Assembly: GCA_963716145.1 (NCBI GenBank)
Contig: OY970292.1
Coordinates: 12,104 to 76,103 of the forward strand
Direction: 5' to 3'
DNA: 64,000 bases
DNA from: Candidatus Levyibacteriota bacterium
Lineage (GTDB): Bacteria; Patescibacteriota; Microgenomatia; Levybacterales; UBA12049
Part shown: piece by piece, positions 49,750-60,008 of the stretch
Layout of the letters: each line of letters begins with the position of its first letter
How positions within the stretch are numbered: position 1 is the stretch's first letter
Translations under genes and position numbers: made by a program
The notes under the pieces: model-generated
Told to the model about the DNA's origin: nothing
The model's database searches: none
Seen by the model: the letters and a program-made list of their open reading frames with translations, nothing else

Positions 49750-50214
49750 TTATTCAGTTGGAGAAATATTTTCTTCTGGAGTAGGCTCTGGAGTGGAAGT
49801 AGGCTTCAGTGATGGAGTAGGTGTAGGGGTGGGATCAGGATTATTGGTTGATGTATCGGGTTGCGGAGTTGGCGTAGGAGTCGGAGTCGGTTCAGTAGTA
49901 GGTGTGGCAGTAACAGGAGTCGGGCTAGGACGCCCAGGTGGCCCATAAGTCGCTTCCCCAGCAACTTGTTTTTGTTCGGATGGTGTAGAAGAACTGGAGT
50001 TTTTTGAAAAGTCAAAATCTTTAAGATATGATGTTTTCGCTGATGAGCTTAATGAAAAAAGCGCAATGATAAATACTCCCACTACAATACCGACAATTGC
50101 GAATGCTTTTTTAGAGGATAAAAATTGATCGGCAAAGATAATCTCCTCAACATCCAGAACAGGCAAATCATTGGGCATACCAGTATTTTCTCTATTTTCA
50201 TCCTGCATTTCCAT
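49750..50214 (-). CDS. Membrane-anchored Pro/Thr-repeat protein
   Basis: TM segment, QVAGEAT, PTPTPT tail. Confidence 0.7.
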   Translation of the reverse strand: MEMQDENRENTGMPNDLPVLDVEEIIFADQFLSSKKAFAIVGIVVGVFIIALFSLSSSAKTSYLKDFDFSKNSSSSTPSEQKQVAGEATYGPPGRPSPTPVTATPTTEPTPTPTPTPQPDTSTNNPDPTPTPTPSLKPTSTPEPTPEENISPTE

Positions 50215-50274
50215 AACTTCATTATATACAAGAATTGCGCATGCAGACAATTGTATTCATAGTATAATAAGCTT

Positions 50275-51216
50275 ATGCTTGCATTCTTCCTCTTTATTAT
50301 TGGCTTAACTTTGTTGCTTCTTGGAAGTACAGGGGTTGTTAAAAACGCTCTTATTATTGCGCGCCTTGCAAAAATTTCACCCCTAGTAGTTGGCGTTACT
50401 CTGGTTGCTATCGGCACGTCGCTTCCTGAGATTACAGTTTCCTTTTTTGGAGGACTTGAAAAAACACACGGACTGGCTTTGGGAAACATAATCGGCTCAA
50501 ATATCGCCAACGTAGGCCTCATCATGGGTGTTTCGCTCTTGATAAAAAGAATCTATATCGGTACCAAAAAAACGCAAAAAAATATGCATTTTACACTTCT
50601 TATTAGTCTCATATTTTTTATTACTTTAATGGTTGGCGGGCTAACAATAATTCATGGGATATTATTTGTGATTTTGGGATTTGCCTTCATAGGATGGCTT
50701 ATCAGGCAAGGACGCAAAGATGAATTGCCTGAAGAATTATTAATTAAGCATCGTAAGGTTAATCCATTGGTTGTGATTATGGTTTTTACTTTATCAATTG
50801 CTGCGATGGTTTTAGGAGGAAAACTGCTTGTAGATGCAGGAATTGCTATCGCAAATATGTTTAAGGTGCCGGAGGCAATTATTGGAATAACAGCATTAGC
50901 TATCGGAACTTCACTTCCAGAACTTGCGATTTCGGTCATTGGCTTAACTAGAGCTTCTAGTCAGCATGAAGATAAATTGATCATCGGAAACATATTGGGC
51001 AGTAATATTTTTAACATTCTTTTCGGAGCAGGAACTTTGGGTCTGTTCGGAACTAAACATTTTAATAGTCAAGCGTCTCTTTTCGCTTTTCTTTTTTTTA
51101 CTCTGATTCTCTGCTTCTTTATTTATCAATTTAGGGGCAAAACAATTCCAAGATATTATGGTGGCTTACTAATTCTTTTTTACGTGATCTATCTCATCAT
51201 TATTTTAAAAATTTAA
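50275..51216 (+). CDS. Ca2+/Na+ antiporter (YrbG/CaCA family)
   Basis: Two GTSLPE and two GN(I/L)GSNI alpha-repeats. Confidence 0.9.
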   Translation: MLAFFLFIIGLTLLLLGSTGVVKNALIIARLAKISPLVVGVTLVAIGTSLPEITVSFFGGLEKTHGLALGNIIGSNIANVGLIMGVSLLIKRIYIGTKKTQKNMHFTLLISLIFFITLMVGGLTIIHGILFVILGFAFIGWLIRQGRKDELPEELLIKHRKVNPLVVIMVFTLSIAAMVLGGKLLVDAGIAIANMFKVPEAIIGITALAIGTSLPELAISVIGLTRASSQHEDKLIIGNILGSNIFNILFGAGTLGLFGTKHFNSQASLFAFLFFTLILCFFIYQFRGKTIPRYYGGLLILFYVIYLIIILKI

Positions 51217-51247
51217 TGTCCGGAGTGTTATAATCACATAAGTATTT

Positions 51248-52294
51248 ATGTATATTTTAAGGTTCTGGGAAAATTTTAAAAAGTTTGCTGTCCGGATTAC
51301 TAAACCGGATCAGAGGGGAAAACTTGAGCGGTATGCTTTTCCTTTGCTGCTCATTGCCACAGCATTTTTTATAAAAACCGTGCTCCGCTCTTACCTTAAC
51401 TTGGGCACACCATATCTCATGTCAACTTTTATTGTGGTTTTAAGCTCCTGGTATGGAGGACTAGGTGCGGGAATTTCCGCGACAATCCTTGCAGGATTTT
51501 TAAATAACTATCTCTTTTTGGAGCCGCAATTCTCATTTATAGGAACGGGTAATGCAATAGCAACTGTTATTTTTCTCATACAGGGATTTATCATAAGCAT
51601 GATTAGTGAGGCAAAACGATCATCTGATAAGAAAAAAGACGAGTTTATCGCCTTTGCAAGCCATGAACTGAAAAACCCCTTAACAGTTATGAAGATGTCA
51701 AACACTCTTCTTCAAAAAATGGCAAAAGACATAAAAAACAAAAAATTTACTGAATATCTTGTAAAAACCGATAGTTACATTGATAAAACAACAAGCCTCA
51801 TAAACGAGCTTCTGGATTTAACCAAAATAGAGTCCGGCAAATTGAGTCTTCATAAAACAACAGTGGACATAGATAGCCTTGTCAGGGAAATTGTCAAAGA
51901 TCAGCAACTTATTACAAGCACTCATAAAATAACTGTAAAAGGAAAAACCAACAAAGTTATTTTCGCGGATAAAATAAGAATTGAACAAGTTTTGTCCAAT
52001 ATGATAACAAATGCCATAAAGTATTCACCGGGCGAGAAAAAAGTAATTGTGACGATTGAAAATAAAAAAACTTCAGTAACTATTTCTGTACAGGATTTTG
52101 GGATAGGTTTGACCGAGGAAGAACAGAAAAAAGTTTTTGAAAGGTTTTATAGAGCAACAGATACGGGAGCGCAGGGGCTTGGATTGGGTATGTACATCTC
52201 TCAACAGGTTGCGAGTTTGCACGGTGGGAAAATATGGGTCAAAAGCTTATCGGGCAAAGGATCCACTTTTTATTTACAAATGAAAACTGGATAA
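51248..52294 (+). CDS. Sensor histidine kinase with DUF4118-like TM domain
   Basis: ASHELKNPLT, NAIKYS, DFGIG, GLGLG. Confidence 0.9.
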   Translation: MYILRFWENFKKFAVRITKPDQRGKLERYAFPLLLIATAFFIKTVLRSYLNLGTPYLMSTFIVVLSSWYGGLGAGISATILAGFLNNYLFLEPQFSFIGTGNAIATVIFLIQGFIISMISEAKRSSDKKKDEFIAFASHELKNPLTVMKMSNTLLQKMAKDIKNKKFTEYLVKTDSYIDKTTSLINELLDLTKIESGKLSLHKTTVDIDSLVREIVKDQQLITSTHKITVKGKTNKVIFADKIRIEQVLSNMITNAIKYSPGEKKVIVTIENKKTSVTISVQDFGIGLTEEEQKKVFERFYRATDTGAQGLGLGMYISQQVASLHGGKIWVKSLSGKGSTFYLQMKTG

Positions 52295-52332
52295 ATTAGA
52301 CTTGATGAAAATTTGTGATAGAATGATAATTC

Positions 52333-54570
52333 ATGAAACAGATCTTGGCGGGAATTTTCGCGATAGCCATAATAGTAAGCCTCATAGCAATCTCCTTTAC
52401 GTTTAATCAGGTAAGCAATGAGCAGGAAAGGCTTGAGAATGATATTCAATACCGCTCATATTTACTTACAAATGGTCTGAAAGAGTCGGTTGAGCCGAAT
52501 TTTATTAATAAGTCAAACTCTTATTTGCAAGATATTGTAAATAGATTTGCAGACAACAAAAGAATTGCAGGTCTTGCTGTAGTTGATAATAATGGATCAA
52601 TTGTGGCTGTTTCATCTAATTTACCAAAACAAATTCCTCAAGTAAAAAAATTGGCAACCGAAGCTCTGGATTCGGATAAGGATAGTAGTGATTTCGCTAG
52701 CTTTGGAAACAACAAAGTATACATATACGTATCCCCTTTGCATGATAAAAAAAGTGTAGTTGGGGCTCTTGCAATTGTACAAAGCGCCGATTACTTAGAC
52801 GCAAGGTTGCTGGAAATCTGGAAAAATAATTTACTCAGACTTTTCATTCAGATATTTCTTATCTCGGTCTCTGTTATTCTAATAATTAGATGGATTATAT
52901 TAGCTCCTATCCGAAATCTAGTTGAGTCCTTAAAGCTTAGCAGAAAAGGAATAGGAGATTATAGTAATAATAAAATACTCAATAATCCTATTTTCAAGCC
53001 ACTCATGCAGGAAGTCGGCAGCATACAAAACAGCCTAATTGAGGCAAGAATAGCAGCGAGTGAGGAAGCAAGGATTCAGCTTGAAAAGCTAGATTCTCCA
53101 TGGACTGCTGAAAGACTAAAGGTTTTTGTTAAAGATATTTTAGGAGATAAAAAAATCTTTGTTGTCTCCAACCGTGAACCTTATATTCATACAAAAAATG
53201 GTAATAAAATAGAGCATCATTTTCCGGCAAGCGGAATGGTCACAGCGCTTGAACCGATAATGCAGGCAACCGGCGGGATGTGGATTGCTCATGGAAGCGG
53301 AAGCGCTGACAAACTGGTTGTTGATAAAAATGACAAGCTCCGTGTTCCGCCAGATGAACCAAAATACACCCTGAAAAGGGTCTGGCTTACAGCTGATGAA
53401 GAAAAGGGATATTATGAGGGATTTTCCAATGAGGGAATTTGGCCGCTTTGCCATATGACCCACACCCGGCCAATATTCAGAAAAGAAAATTGGGATGAGT
53501 ATGTAAAAGTGAATGAGAAATTTGCAGAGAGCTTGCTTAAAGAAATTAAAAATGAGAAAGATCCAATTATATTTATTCAGGATTTTCATTTCATGCTTTT
53601 GCCGCGTTTGATCAAGGACAAAAGACCTGACGCTACAATCGGGATGTTCTGGCATATTCCCTGGCCAAATGCTGAAAATTTCAGTATTTGCCCATGGAGG
53701 AAGGAAATGCTTGATGGGATGATGGGCGCTGATATATTGGGATTTCACACGCAGCTTCACTGCAATAATTTTATTACAACAGTCAGCCGCGAACTTGAAG
53801 CACTGGTTGATATGGAGCAATTTACGGTTACCAAGAATAATCACGCGACTTATGTCAAGCCATTTCCTATCAGTATTGCATTTACAAAAAGCTCTGTTTC
53901 GAAAGGACGGGTAGAGGAAGAAGCGGAAAAAAGTAAAAAAATATTAAAGAATCTGGGAATAAAAACAAAATACTTGGGAGTCGGAGTTGACAGGCTTGAT
54001 TACACAAAAGGAATACTTGAGAGGCTTAAAGCGGTCGAGTTATTTTTGATAAAATACCCGTCTTTCATTGGAGAATTTACATTTCTACAGATCTCTGCCC
54101 CCAGTAGAACAACAGTCAAGGAATATCAGGATTTTTATATAAAGGTGCAGGCTGAAACTGAAAGGATAAACAATCTTTATAAGAAAAATGGTTGGAAACC
54201 AATCATATTTCTTAACCAATATCATGCTCATAACTATATTTATTCTATTTACCGCGCCTCTGATTTCTGTCTGGTTACATCACTTCATGACGGGATGAAT
54301 CTGGTTGCAAAAGAATTTGTGGCCTCAAGAGATGATGAAAAAGGAGTTCTTATCCTTAGTCAATTCGCCGGAGCGTCACGCGAGTTGCATGATGCTTTGA
54401 TAATTAATCCTTATAATGGTGAACAAACAGCGGATGCAATCTATACTGCCCTGACTATGAAGCCAACCGAGCAAAAAAGGCGTATGCAGAGAATGCGGGA
54501 CATTGTAAAAAGCCACAATGTCTACCGCTGGTCCGCAGAATTTATAAAAACAATGGTTGATTTGGGATAA
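52333..54570 (+). CDS. Trehalose-6-phosphate synthase (GT20) fused to an N-terminal TM-sensor-TM-HAMP-like module
   Basis: VSNREPY, QDFHF, FWHIPWP, GVDRLDYTKG, DGMNLVAKEF; about 270-aa N-terminal extension with two TM helices. Confidence 0.85.
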   Translation: MKQILAGIFAIAIIVSLIAISFTFNQVSNEQERLENDIQYRSYLLTNGLKESVEPNFINKSNSYLQDIVNRFADNKRIAGLAVVDNNGSIVAVSSNLPKQIPQVKKLATEALDSDKDSSDFASFGNNKVYIYVSPLHDKKSVVGALAIVQSADYLDARLLEIWKNNLLRLFIQIFLISVSVILIIRWIILAPIRNLVESLKLSRKGIGDYSNNKILNNPIFKPLMQEVGSIQNSLIEARIAASEEARIQLEKLDSPWTAERLKVFVKDILGDKKIFVVSNREPYIHTKNGNKIEHHFPASGMVTALEPIMQATGGMWIAHGSGSADKLVVDKNDKLRVPPDEPKYTLKRVWLTADEEKGYYEGFSNEGIWPLCHMTHTRPIFRKENWDEYVKVNEKFAESLLKEIKNEKDPIIFIQDFHFMLLPRLIKDKRPDATIGMFWHIPWPNAENFSICPWRKEMLDGMMGADILGFHTQLHCNNFITTVSRELEALVDMEQFTVTKNNHATYVKPFPISIAFTKSSVSKGRVEEEAEKSKKILKNLGIKTKYLGVGVDRLDYTKGILERLKAVELFLIKYPSFIGEFTFLQISAPSRTTVKEYQDFYIKVQAETERINNLYKKNGWKPIIFLNQYHAHNYIYSIYRASDFCLVTSLHDGMNLVAKEFVASRDDEKGVLILSQFAGASRELHDALIINPYNGEQTADAIYTALTMKPTEQKRRMQRMRDIVKSHNVYRWSAEFIKTMVDLG

Positions 54571-54577
54571 TATATTT

Positions 54578-55726
54578 ATGAAAATTGCAATAATCACATC
54601 AAACACTCAAAGTATAACGCCTTCTGCCAAAAAGGGGACTGAGATTTTTTCTAATATCCTGATCAATGAACTGTCAAAAAATGCTGTGAGGCATAATTTG
54701 GATATTACTGCTTTCGCGTCCGGTGACTCAAAGCTTCCTGTTAAAATTGAAAGTATTACCCAAAAATCCACATCTCAAAACACGGATATTCCGGATGAGA
54801 AAAAGATTATTTTTGAATTGGCGCTTTTGTCGGAGGCTTTTTCCAGACAAAATGAGTTTGATCTGTACCATGTCAATATCGGCGATGGTGATATAGCTTT
54901 GCCTTTTGCAAAATTTGTCAAAAAACCTATTATTATTACGATTCACAATACAAAAACTGAAAATTACGTCAAAAAATATTTTTCACATTTCAGCAATCTT
55001 CCAAATGTTTTTTTCGTCTCAATCAGCGATGCCCAGAGAAAGTATTTCCCAAAGTTGAATTATCTTGACACAATTTATCATGGTGTGGATATAAATAATA
55101 ACTTTAAGTTTAGTTCTATAGGAGGAAATGCGATCATGTGGGCAGGACGCGCGATTCCCCAAAAGGGAATGGATGCGGCAATTGATATCGCGAGCAGCTG
55201 CAAAAAACAATTGAAAATGTTTGGGATATCAAATGATGAATATAATAAATGGCTTTCAGAGTTTGTTATTGAGAAAATAAAACTTCTAGATGGTATCACT
55301 ATCACTTTTAATAAAGACAGACTTGAGTTGGCAAAAGAATACGGTACGAGTAAGCTATTTCTTTTTCCACTTCAATGGGAGGAGCCGTTTGGACTTACAG
55401 TGATTGAATCAATGGCCTGCGGAACGCCTGTAATTGCATATGGCAGAGGTTCAATGCCTGAGATTATAGAAGACGGTAAGACTGGTTTTATCGTTAATCC
55501 TTCAGCAGATGATATCCGCGGAAATTGGGTAGTTAAAAAAACAGGAATTGAAGGAATGATTGAAGCAGTTGAGAAATTATATGCAATGTCTGAAAGTGAA
55601 TATATGCAAATGCGAAGAAATTGTAGACAGCTGGTAGAGAAAAAATTTGCAGTACGTCTTATGTCTGAAAACTATGTAAAAATATATAATAAAACTATTA
55701 ATGCAATGAACAGTGTTCTTAAATAA
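54578..55726 (+). CDS. GT4 glycosyltransferase
   Basis: GTE, IYHG, WEEPFGLTVIESMACGTPV. Confidence 0.9.
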   Translation: MKIAIITSNTQSITPSAKKGTEIFSNILINELSKNAVRHNLDITAFASGDSKLPVKIESITQKSTSQNTDIPDEKKIIFELALLSEAFSRQNEFDLYHVNIGDGDIALPFAKFVKKPIIITIHNTKTENYVKKYFSHFSNLPNVFFVSISDAQRKYFPKLNYLDTIYHGVDINNNFKFSSIGGNAIMWAGRAIPQKGMDAAIDIASSCKKQLKMFGISNDEYNKWLSEFVIEKIKLLDGITITFNKDRLELAKEYGTSKLFLFPLQWEEPFGLTVIESMACGTPVIAYGRGSMPEIIEDGKTGFIVNPSADDIRGNWVVKKTGIEGMIEAVEKLYAMSESEYMQMRRNCRQLVEKKFAVRLMSENYVKIYNKTINAMNSVLK

Positions 55727-55729
55727 GCT

Positions 55730-56338
55730 ATGGCAAAAGATCATTTCAAAACCCATTTTCATCTTCCTGGTGAAGTTGACTGGAATTTCAATATTCTTTT
55801 TGATGACCAGCCGCAAGTTGGGGAAATGGTCCGCAAGTATGATGAATTAATAAGTCACAAAGGTCTTTATCCCCCGATTCCTTCAAAATGGCTGCATATC
55901 ACGTTATTACGTGTTGGATTGACTACGCAGTATTCAGAAAAAGAAATGCTTGATGTTGTTGAAAAACTTGTTCCTATTCTTGCAAATTTTGAAATGCCTG
56001 ATTTGATTCTCGGACCATGGTGGGTGTGGAGAGGAAATCCGGTACTTCACGTAACGCCTGATGATCAGCTCGAAGAGCTATATGACATTATTACCGCGAC
56101 TATTAAATCCATTGTTGGTGATAGGATTGCCCCGCTTCCAAGACTCATTCCGCATCTAACTCTTGCCTATAACCGTGACTACAACCAAGAAAAAGAGGTC
56201 CATCAACAATTATCCAAAAAATGGATTGCTCCTGTTTTATTTAGAGCTAACAATTTATCTCTAGTCAGACAAGAGCAAAAAGCTCCCTTTTATAGCTGGG
56301 AGCTAGTTAAAAGTATTGGAATAGGGAAAAACTCATAA
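55730..56338 (+). CDS. 2H phosphoesterase (2'-5' RNA ligase-like)
   Basis: Two HxT motifs: LHITL and PHLTL. Confidence 0.75.
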   Translation: MAKDHFKTHFHLPGEVDWNFNILFDDQPQVGEMVRKYDELISHKGLYPPIPSKWLHITLLRVGLTTQYSEKEMLDVVEKLVPILANFEMPDLILGPWWVWRGNPVLHVTPDDQLEELYDIITATIKSIVGDRIAPLPRLIPHLTLAYNRDYNQEKEVHQQLSKKWIAPVLFRANNLSLVRQEQKAPFYSWELVKSIGIGKNS

Positions 56339-56359
56339 CATTTGTGGTAGAACATTATT

Positions 56360-57826
56360 ATGCTGTATGTAAAGACGTTATTTAAAAACAACGGCATATT
56401 GTCTTTATTATTAGTATTTTTTATTTGCCTGTGTTTTTTTACAGCTTATTCACTTCTCTCAATCGTTCGTCATGATAATTACCAATCATATGGATATGAC
56501 CTGGGTATAAATGACCAAACTGTGTGGAGATACTCTCATTTTCAGGCACCGGTTACAACAATTGATCCTTTTCCTGACAAAACAAAATTAGTAGAACATG
56601 TAGAAGTGATATACGCCCTAATCTCACCGTTCTATTGGATTTGGGAAAGCCGTAAGATGCTCCTTGTTCTGGAGCCTGCTTTTTTCTGTACATCCGGAAT
56701 TTTTGTTTATTTACTTGCCCGAAAAAAGAAGCTGTCATTTATAATTGGCATAGCTTTACTTATTGGCTATCTGGGATTTTACGGAGCGCAAAATGCTATC
56801 TGGACAGATGTGCATAGTGCCAGTTTTGCAGCAGCCTTTCTGATGGGATTTATTTACTTTCTTGAAACCAAAAAGAAAGTACCCTCCGTTATATTTTTCC
56901 TCTTGGCAATAACCGCAAAAGAAAATATCGGGCTTCTGGCATTTCTTATCGCTTTTCTTTTTTTCCTGAGGGAGCGCACAAAATTTCTTGCATATTTAAT
57001 GGGAATATCCATCGCTTACGTCTGCTTTATTTTCTTTATTTATTTTCCGCATATTATTCACTTTAAATATCTCTACCAAAATAGTGGTGGCTTGTTCTCC
57101 AACCTCAATCCATTGAGCTTTGCTGATACGGCTGAGAAAAGACAGGTAATCTGGTATTCATTATTATCGTATGGCTTCCTGCCATTATTTTCACCGCTAT
57201 ACCTTATCCCCTCAATCGGAGATCTGGCAACATATAATGTATTAGCCAATCAACTCCCCGGAGCGCAGGGACTTTTTGGACAATACAGAATTACTCTAAC
57301 ACCACTTCTTACCTGGGCGACAATGACCACTCTGGTGCGTTATAAATGGCTTAATAAGTGGCAGATTGGAGCCTATCTTATACTTTGTACGCTTCTTGTT
57401 CAGTATCTTTTGCACCTGCCTCTCAGCTATTTGACAAAGCTTTCATTTTGGCAGGAGCCCTCAGGCGTAAAAAATATTACAAAAGTAATCAGAAATTATC
57501 TACCGAGAAATGCATCAGTTGTCGCGCAAAATAATATAGTTCCGCACATTAGCCATAGGGATAAAATTTACTCTCTTTATCCTGAAATGAAGCATTTTAC
57601 AATTAATTCTCCCTGTGGAAAGGCTGATTGCGACTGGTTCCGCTGGTATGGTAACCCTGAATATCTCTTTGTTGATACTTCAGCTGAGTGGGATGCGAGG
57701 CACTTGCTGATAGACCGGGATAAATTTATAAAGGGGATTGAGAATATAGAAAAAGCAGGAGTTGTTAAAAAGTACAAGCAGGAGGGTAGTGCGGTTCTAT
57801 ATAAAGTTCTGAACAAAACGTTGTAA
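56360..57826 (+). CDS. DUF2079 membrane protein (GT-C like)
   Basis: YDLGINDQ, DVH, KEN, PHISHRDKIY. Confidence 0.8.
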   Translation: MLYVKTLFKNNGILSLLLVFFICLCFFTAYSLLSIVRHDNYQSYGYDLGINDQTVWRYSHFQAPVTTIDPFPDKTKLVEHVEVIYALISPFYWIWESRKMLLVLEPAFFCTSGIFVYLLARKKKLSFIIGIALLIGYLGFYGAQNAIWTDVHSASFAAAFLMGFIYFLETKKKVPSVIFFLLAITAKENIGLLAFLIAFLFFLRERTKFLAYLMGISIAYVCFIFFIYFPHIIHFKYLYQNSGGLFSNLNPLSFADTAEKRQVIWYSLLSYGFLPLFSPLYLIPSIGDLATYNVLANQLPGAQGLFGQYRITLTPLLTWATMTTLVRYKWLNKWQIGAYLILCTLLVQYLLHLPLSYLTKLSFWQEPSGVKNITKVIRNYLPRNASVVAQNNIVPHISHRDKIYSLYPEMKHFTINSPCGKADCDWFRWYGNPEYLFVDTSAEWDARHLLIDRDKFIKGIENIEKAGVVKKYKQEGSAVLYKVLNKTL

Positions 57827-57881
57827 TCTATATCAGCAAAATTAACTGAACCAATGGTCAATTTAAATACCATGAGAATTG

Positions 57882-57953
57882 TGACCCATGAGAGAATCGA
57901 ACTCTCCTTAGCAGAATGAGAATCTGCTGTCCTAGCCGATAGACGAATGGGCC
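57882..57953 (-). tRNA. tRNA-Glu(CTC)
   Basis: Minus strand GGCCCAT/ATGGGTC acceptor, GCAGA-TTCTCAT-TCTGC anticodon arm, GAGAG-TTCGATT-CTCTC T-arm; CCA not encoded. Confidence 0.95.
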
Positions 57954-58042
57954 GTTAAGAGTTTTATTTTACCTCATTATATCCTCCAAGGCAATCGAAA
58001 TTCGTGCTTGAATGACTATGAGATATTGCTTATAATCATTTT

Positions 58043-59173
58043 ATGTCAATAGAACAAGGTTCACCCACAAGCGTAGACATCCCTAGAGCTCCGGAGAGGC
58101 CTGATGGCGGAATATTTGGCAATCTTTTTGTAACCGATCATCCGGATAATCCGGCCGAAAGCAAGGATAAATTGGTAGAGCTGTATAGCGGTCTTAGGGA
58201 TACGCGGATCAAATCTGTCCGTTATGATTGGCGCTGGAATAAGATTCAGCCGGGAAATGTGAGATGGAATGAGCCCCAGCTGAAGCATTATCAAACAGCA
58301 AGAGAAGCAATGAATGAGGCAGGACTGGATGCTCCCACAATTATTCTTTCAAGTCCGCCGGAATGGGCAGTTGAGATGTATAAAAGGGGAGATAAGGAAG
58401 GATTCAATGCTGCATATAGAGCTTATGTTACAGCAGTTAAGGACACCCTTGATAAAGGAGGTGGAAAGCCTATTGAGAGAGTGCAGGTATTAAACGAATT
58501 AAATAACAAAGTCTATAATCCTATCGCTACGGAAGACATTCCTGAGTTATGCGATATAACACGGGATGTCTTCGGAGCTGACGTAAAGCTGGTCGCGACA
58601 GTGCTCGCGACAAACCTGCATGACAATAAGGCGGGAAGACAAATTGGCCAGCCAATCGGAGATTACCTGGATCAGCATGGAGAAGTGCTCAGGAATAATT
58701 TTGATGTAATTGGGGTTGACTACTATCCTGCTACATGGCATCTGCCCATCGGAGAGGCAGTAAAAGAAACATGGACCAGAAGAAGAGAGCAAATGCCGGA
58801 AACAAATAAATTCTTTCGTTCAATGGCGGGTAATATGACTTTACTAAGAAGTGTATATGACAAAATTTCAGAATGGGGGGTTGATTACGAACTTGGAGAA
58901 GTGGGCCGTCCGTCCAAGGCAATTTTGGGTGGGGAAAAATATCAAGCACTGTTTTTTGAGGCGTTTTTTGATGGATATGAGGAAATGCATGCGGATATGG
59001 AAAGGAACGGGAAGAAGCTTCCCTCGGGAGTTGATCTATATATGCTCAGGGATGAGCCGGCCCGTACTGCTTTGAGGCATGTTCCGGGCTTGAGGGAGCA
59101 AAAATGGGGACTATTTACCAGTGCGGGAGAGCCAAAAGATTCTGTGGCTTTATTTCAAAGAGATAGTCAATAA
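58043..59173 (+). CDS. Putative GH-A clan glycoside hydrolase
   Basis: RYDWRWNKIQP, VLNELN, GVDYYP, GEVG, WGLF. Confidence 0.65.
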   Translation: MSIEQGSPTSVDIPRAPERPDGGIFGNLFVTDHPDNPAESKDKLVELYSGLRDTRIKSVRYDWRWNKIQPGNVRWNEPQLKHYQTAREAMNEAGLDAPTIILSSPPEWAVEMYKRGDKEGFNAAYRAYVTAVKDTLDKGGGKPIERVQVLNELNNKVYNPIATEDIPELCDITRDVFGADVKLVATVLATNLHDNKAGRQIGQPIGDYLDQHGEVLRNNFDVIGVDYYPATWHLPIGEAVKETWTRRREQMPETNKFFRSMAGNMTLLRSVYDKISEWGVDYELGEVGRPSKAILGGEKYQALFFEAFFDGYEEMHADMERNGKKLPSGVDLYMLRDEPARTALRHVPGLREQKWGLFTSAGEPKDSVALFQRDSQ

Positions 59174-59217
59174 TCCTACTGTTTGTCCGGCATTTTGTTA
59201 TCTAGTATAATAATCAT

Positions 59218-59976
59218 GTGAGCAATGTTTTTCTCTCCGTTGTTATCCCTTGCTTTGACGAAATGGCAAATCTGCAAAAGGGTGTTCTGGATCACGTCTC
59301 GCGTTTTTTGGATGAAAAAGATTTTTCCTACGAAGTAATCATAGTTGATGACGGATCGACTGACGGAAGCATGGAATTTATCGAAAAGTATATAAAAAGA
59401 AACGTCAAAATTTCTCTTACCAAAAATCCCCATTATGGAAAAGCCGGAGCCGTAACAACCGGTATGCTTGAATCTCATGGACGCTACCGCCTTTTTACCG
59501 ACATGGATCAGGCGACCCCGATTGAGGAGCTAGATAAATTACTACCATTTCTTCAAACTGGAGAATATGATATCGCAATCGGTTCCAGAAAAGACAAAAG
59601 AAAAGGTGCGCCCGCAATCAGGTTATTTGTCTCAAGAAGCGCAATAGTTCTACGAAAGTACGCGATCGGTATTAAGGAAATCTCAGATACTCAGTGCGGC
59701 TTCAAACTTTTTACAAATGAAGCAGCAGACACACTTTTTACTAAATACAAAAAGTTTAATAATAATTTTACTGAAATAACCGGTGCAGCAGTGACATTCG
59801 GTTCTGATATAGAAATATTGTATATGGCGCAAAAAATGGGCTATAAGATAAAAGAAGTTCCGGTTAACTGGCTTTTTGTTGAGTCGCGAAGAGTGAGCCC
59901 GATTAAAGATTCGATACAAGGCGTAATAGATCTGGTCAAAATTAAAAAGAACGCAATGGCGGGAAAGTACGATTAA
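59218..59976 (+). CDS. GT2 polyprenol-phosphate glycosyltransferase (Alg5/DPM-like)
   Basis: VVIPCFDE, VDDGSTD, FTDMD, DTQCGFK. Confidence 0.9.
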   Translation: MSNVFLSVVIPCFDEMANLQKGVLDHVSRFLDEKDFSYEVIIVDDGSTDGSMEFIEKYIKRNVKISLTKNPHYGKAGAVTTGMLESHGRYRLFTDMDQATPIEELDKLLPFLQTGEYDIAIGSRKDKRKGAPAIRLFVSRSAIVLRKYAIGIKEISDTQCGFKLFTNEAADTLFTKYKKFNNNFTEITGAAVTFGSDIEILYMAQKMGYKIKEVPVNWLFVESRRVSPIKDSIQGVIDLVKIKKNAMAGKYD

Positions 59977-60008
59977 AATTTCAAATATCCAATATCAAAT
60001 TTCAAATG
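59976..60008 (+). repeat. Degenerate heptamer tract ending at a start codon
   Basis: aaatttc aaatatc caatatc aaatttc aaatg. Confidence 0.6.

Noticed and set aside
49790-49930. Pro/Thr repeats here and at 40140-40280 as DNA repeat elements
   Set aside because: Codon-degenerate low-complexity protein linkers
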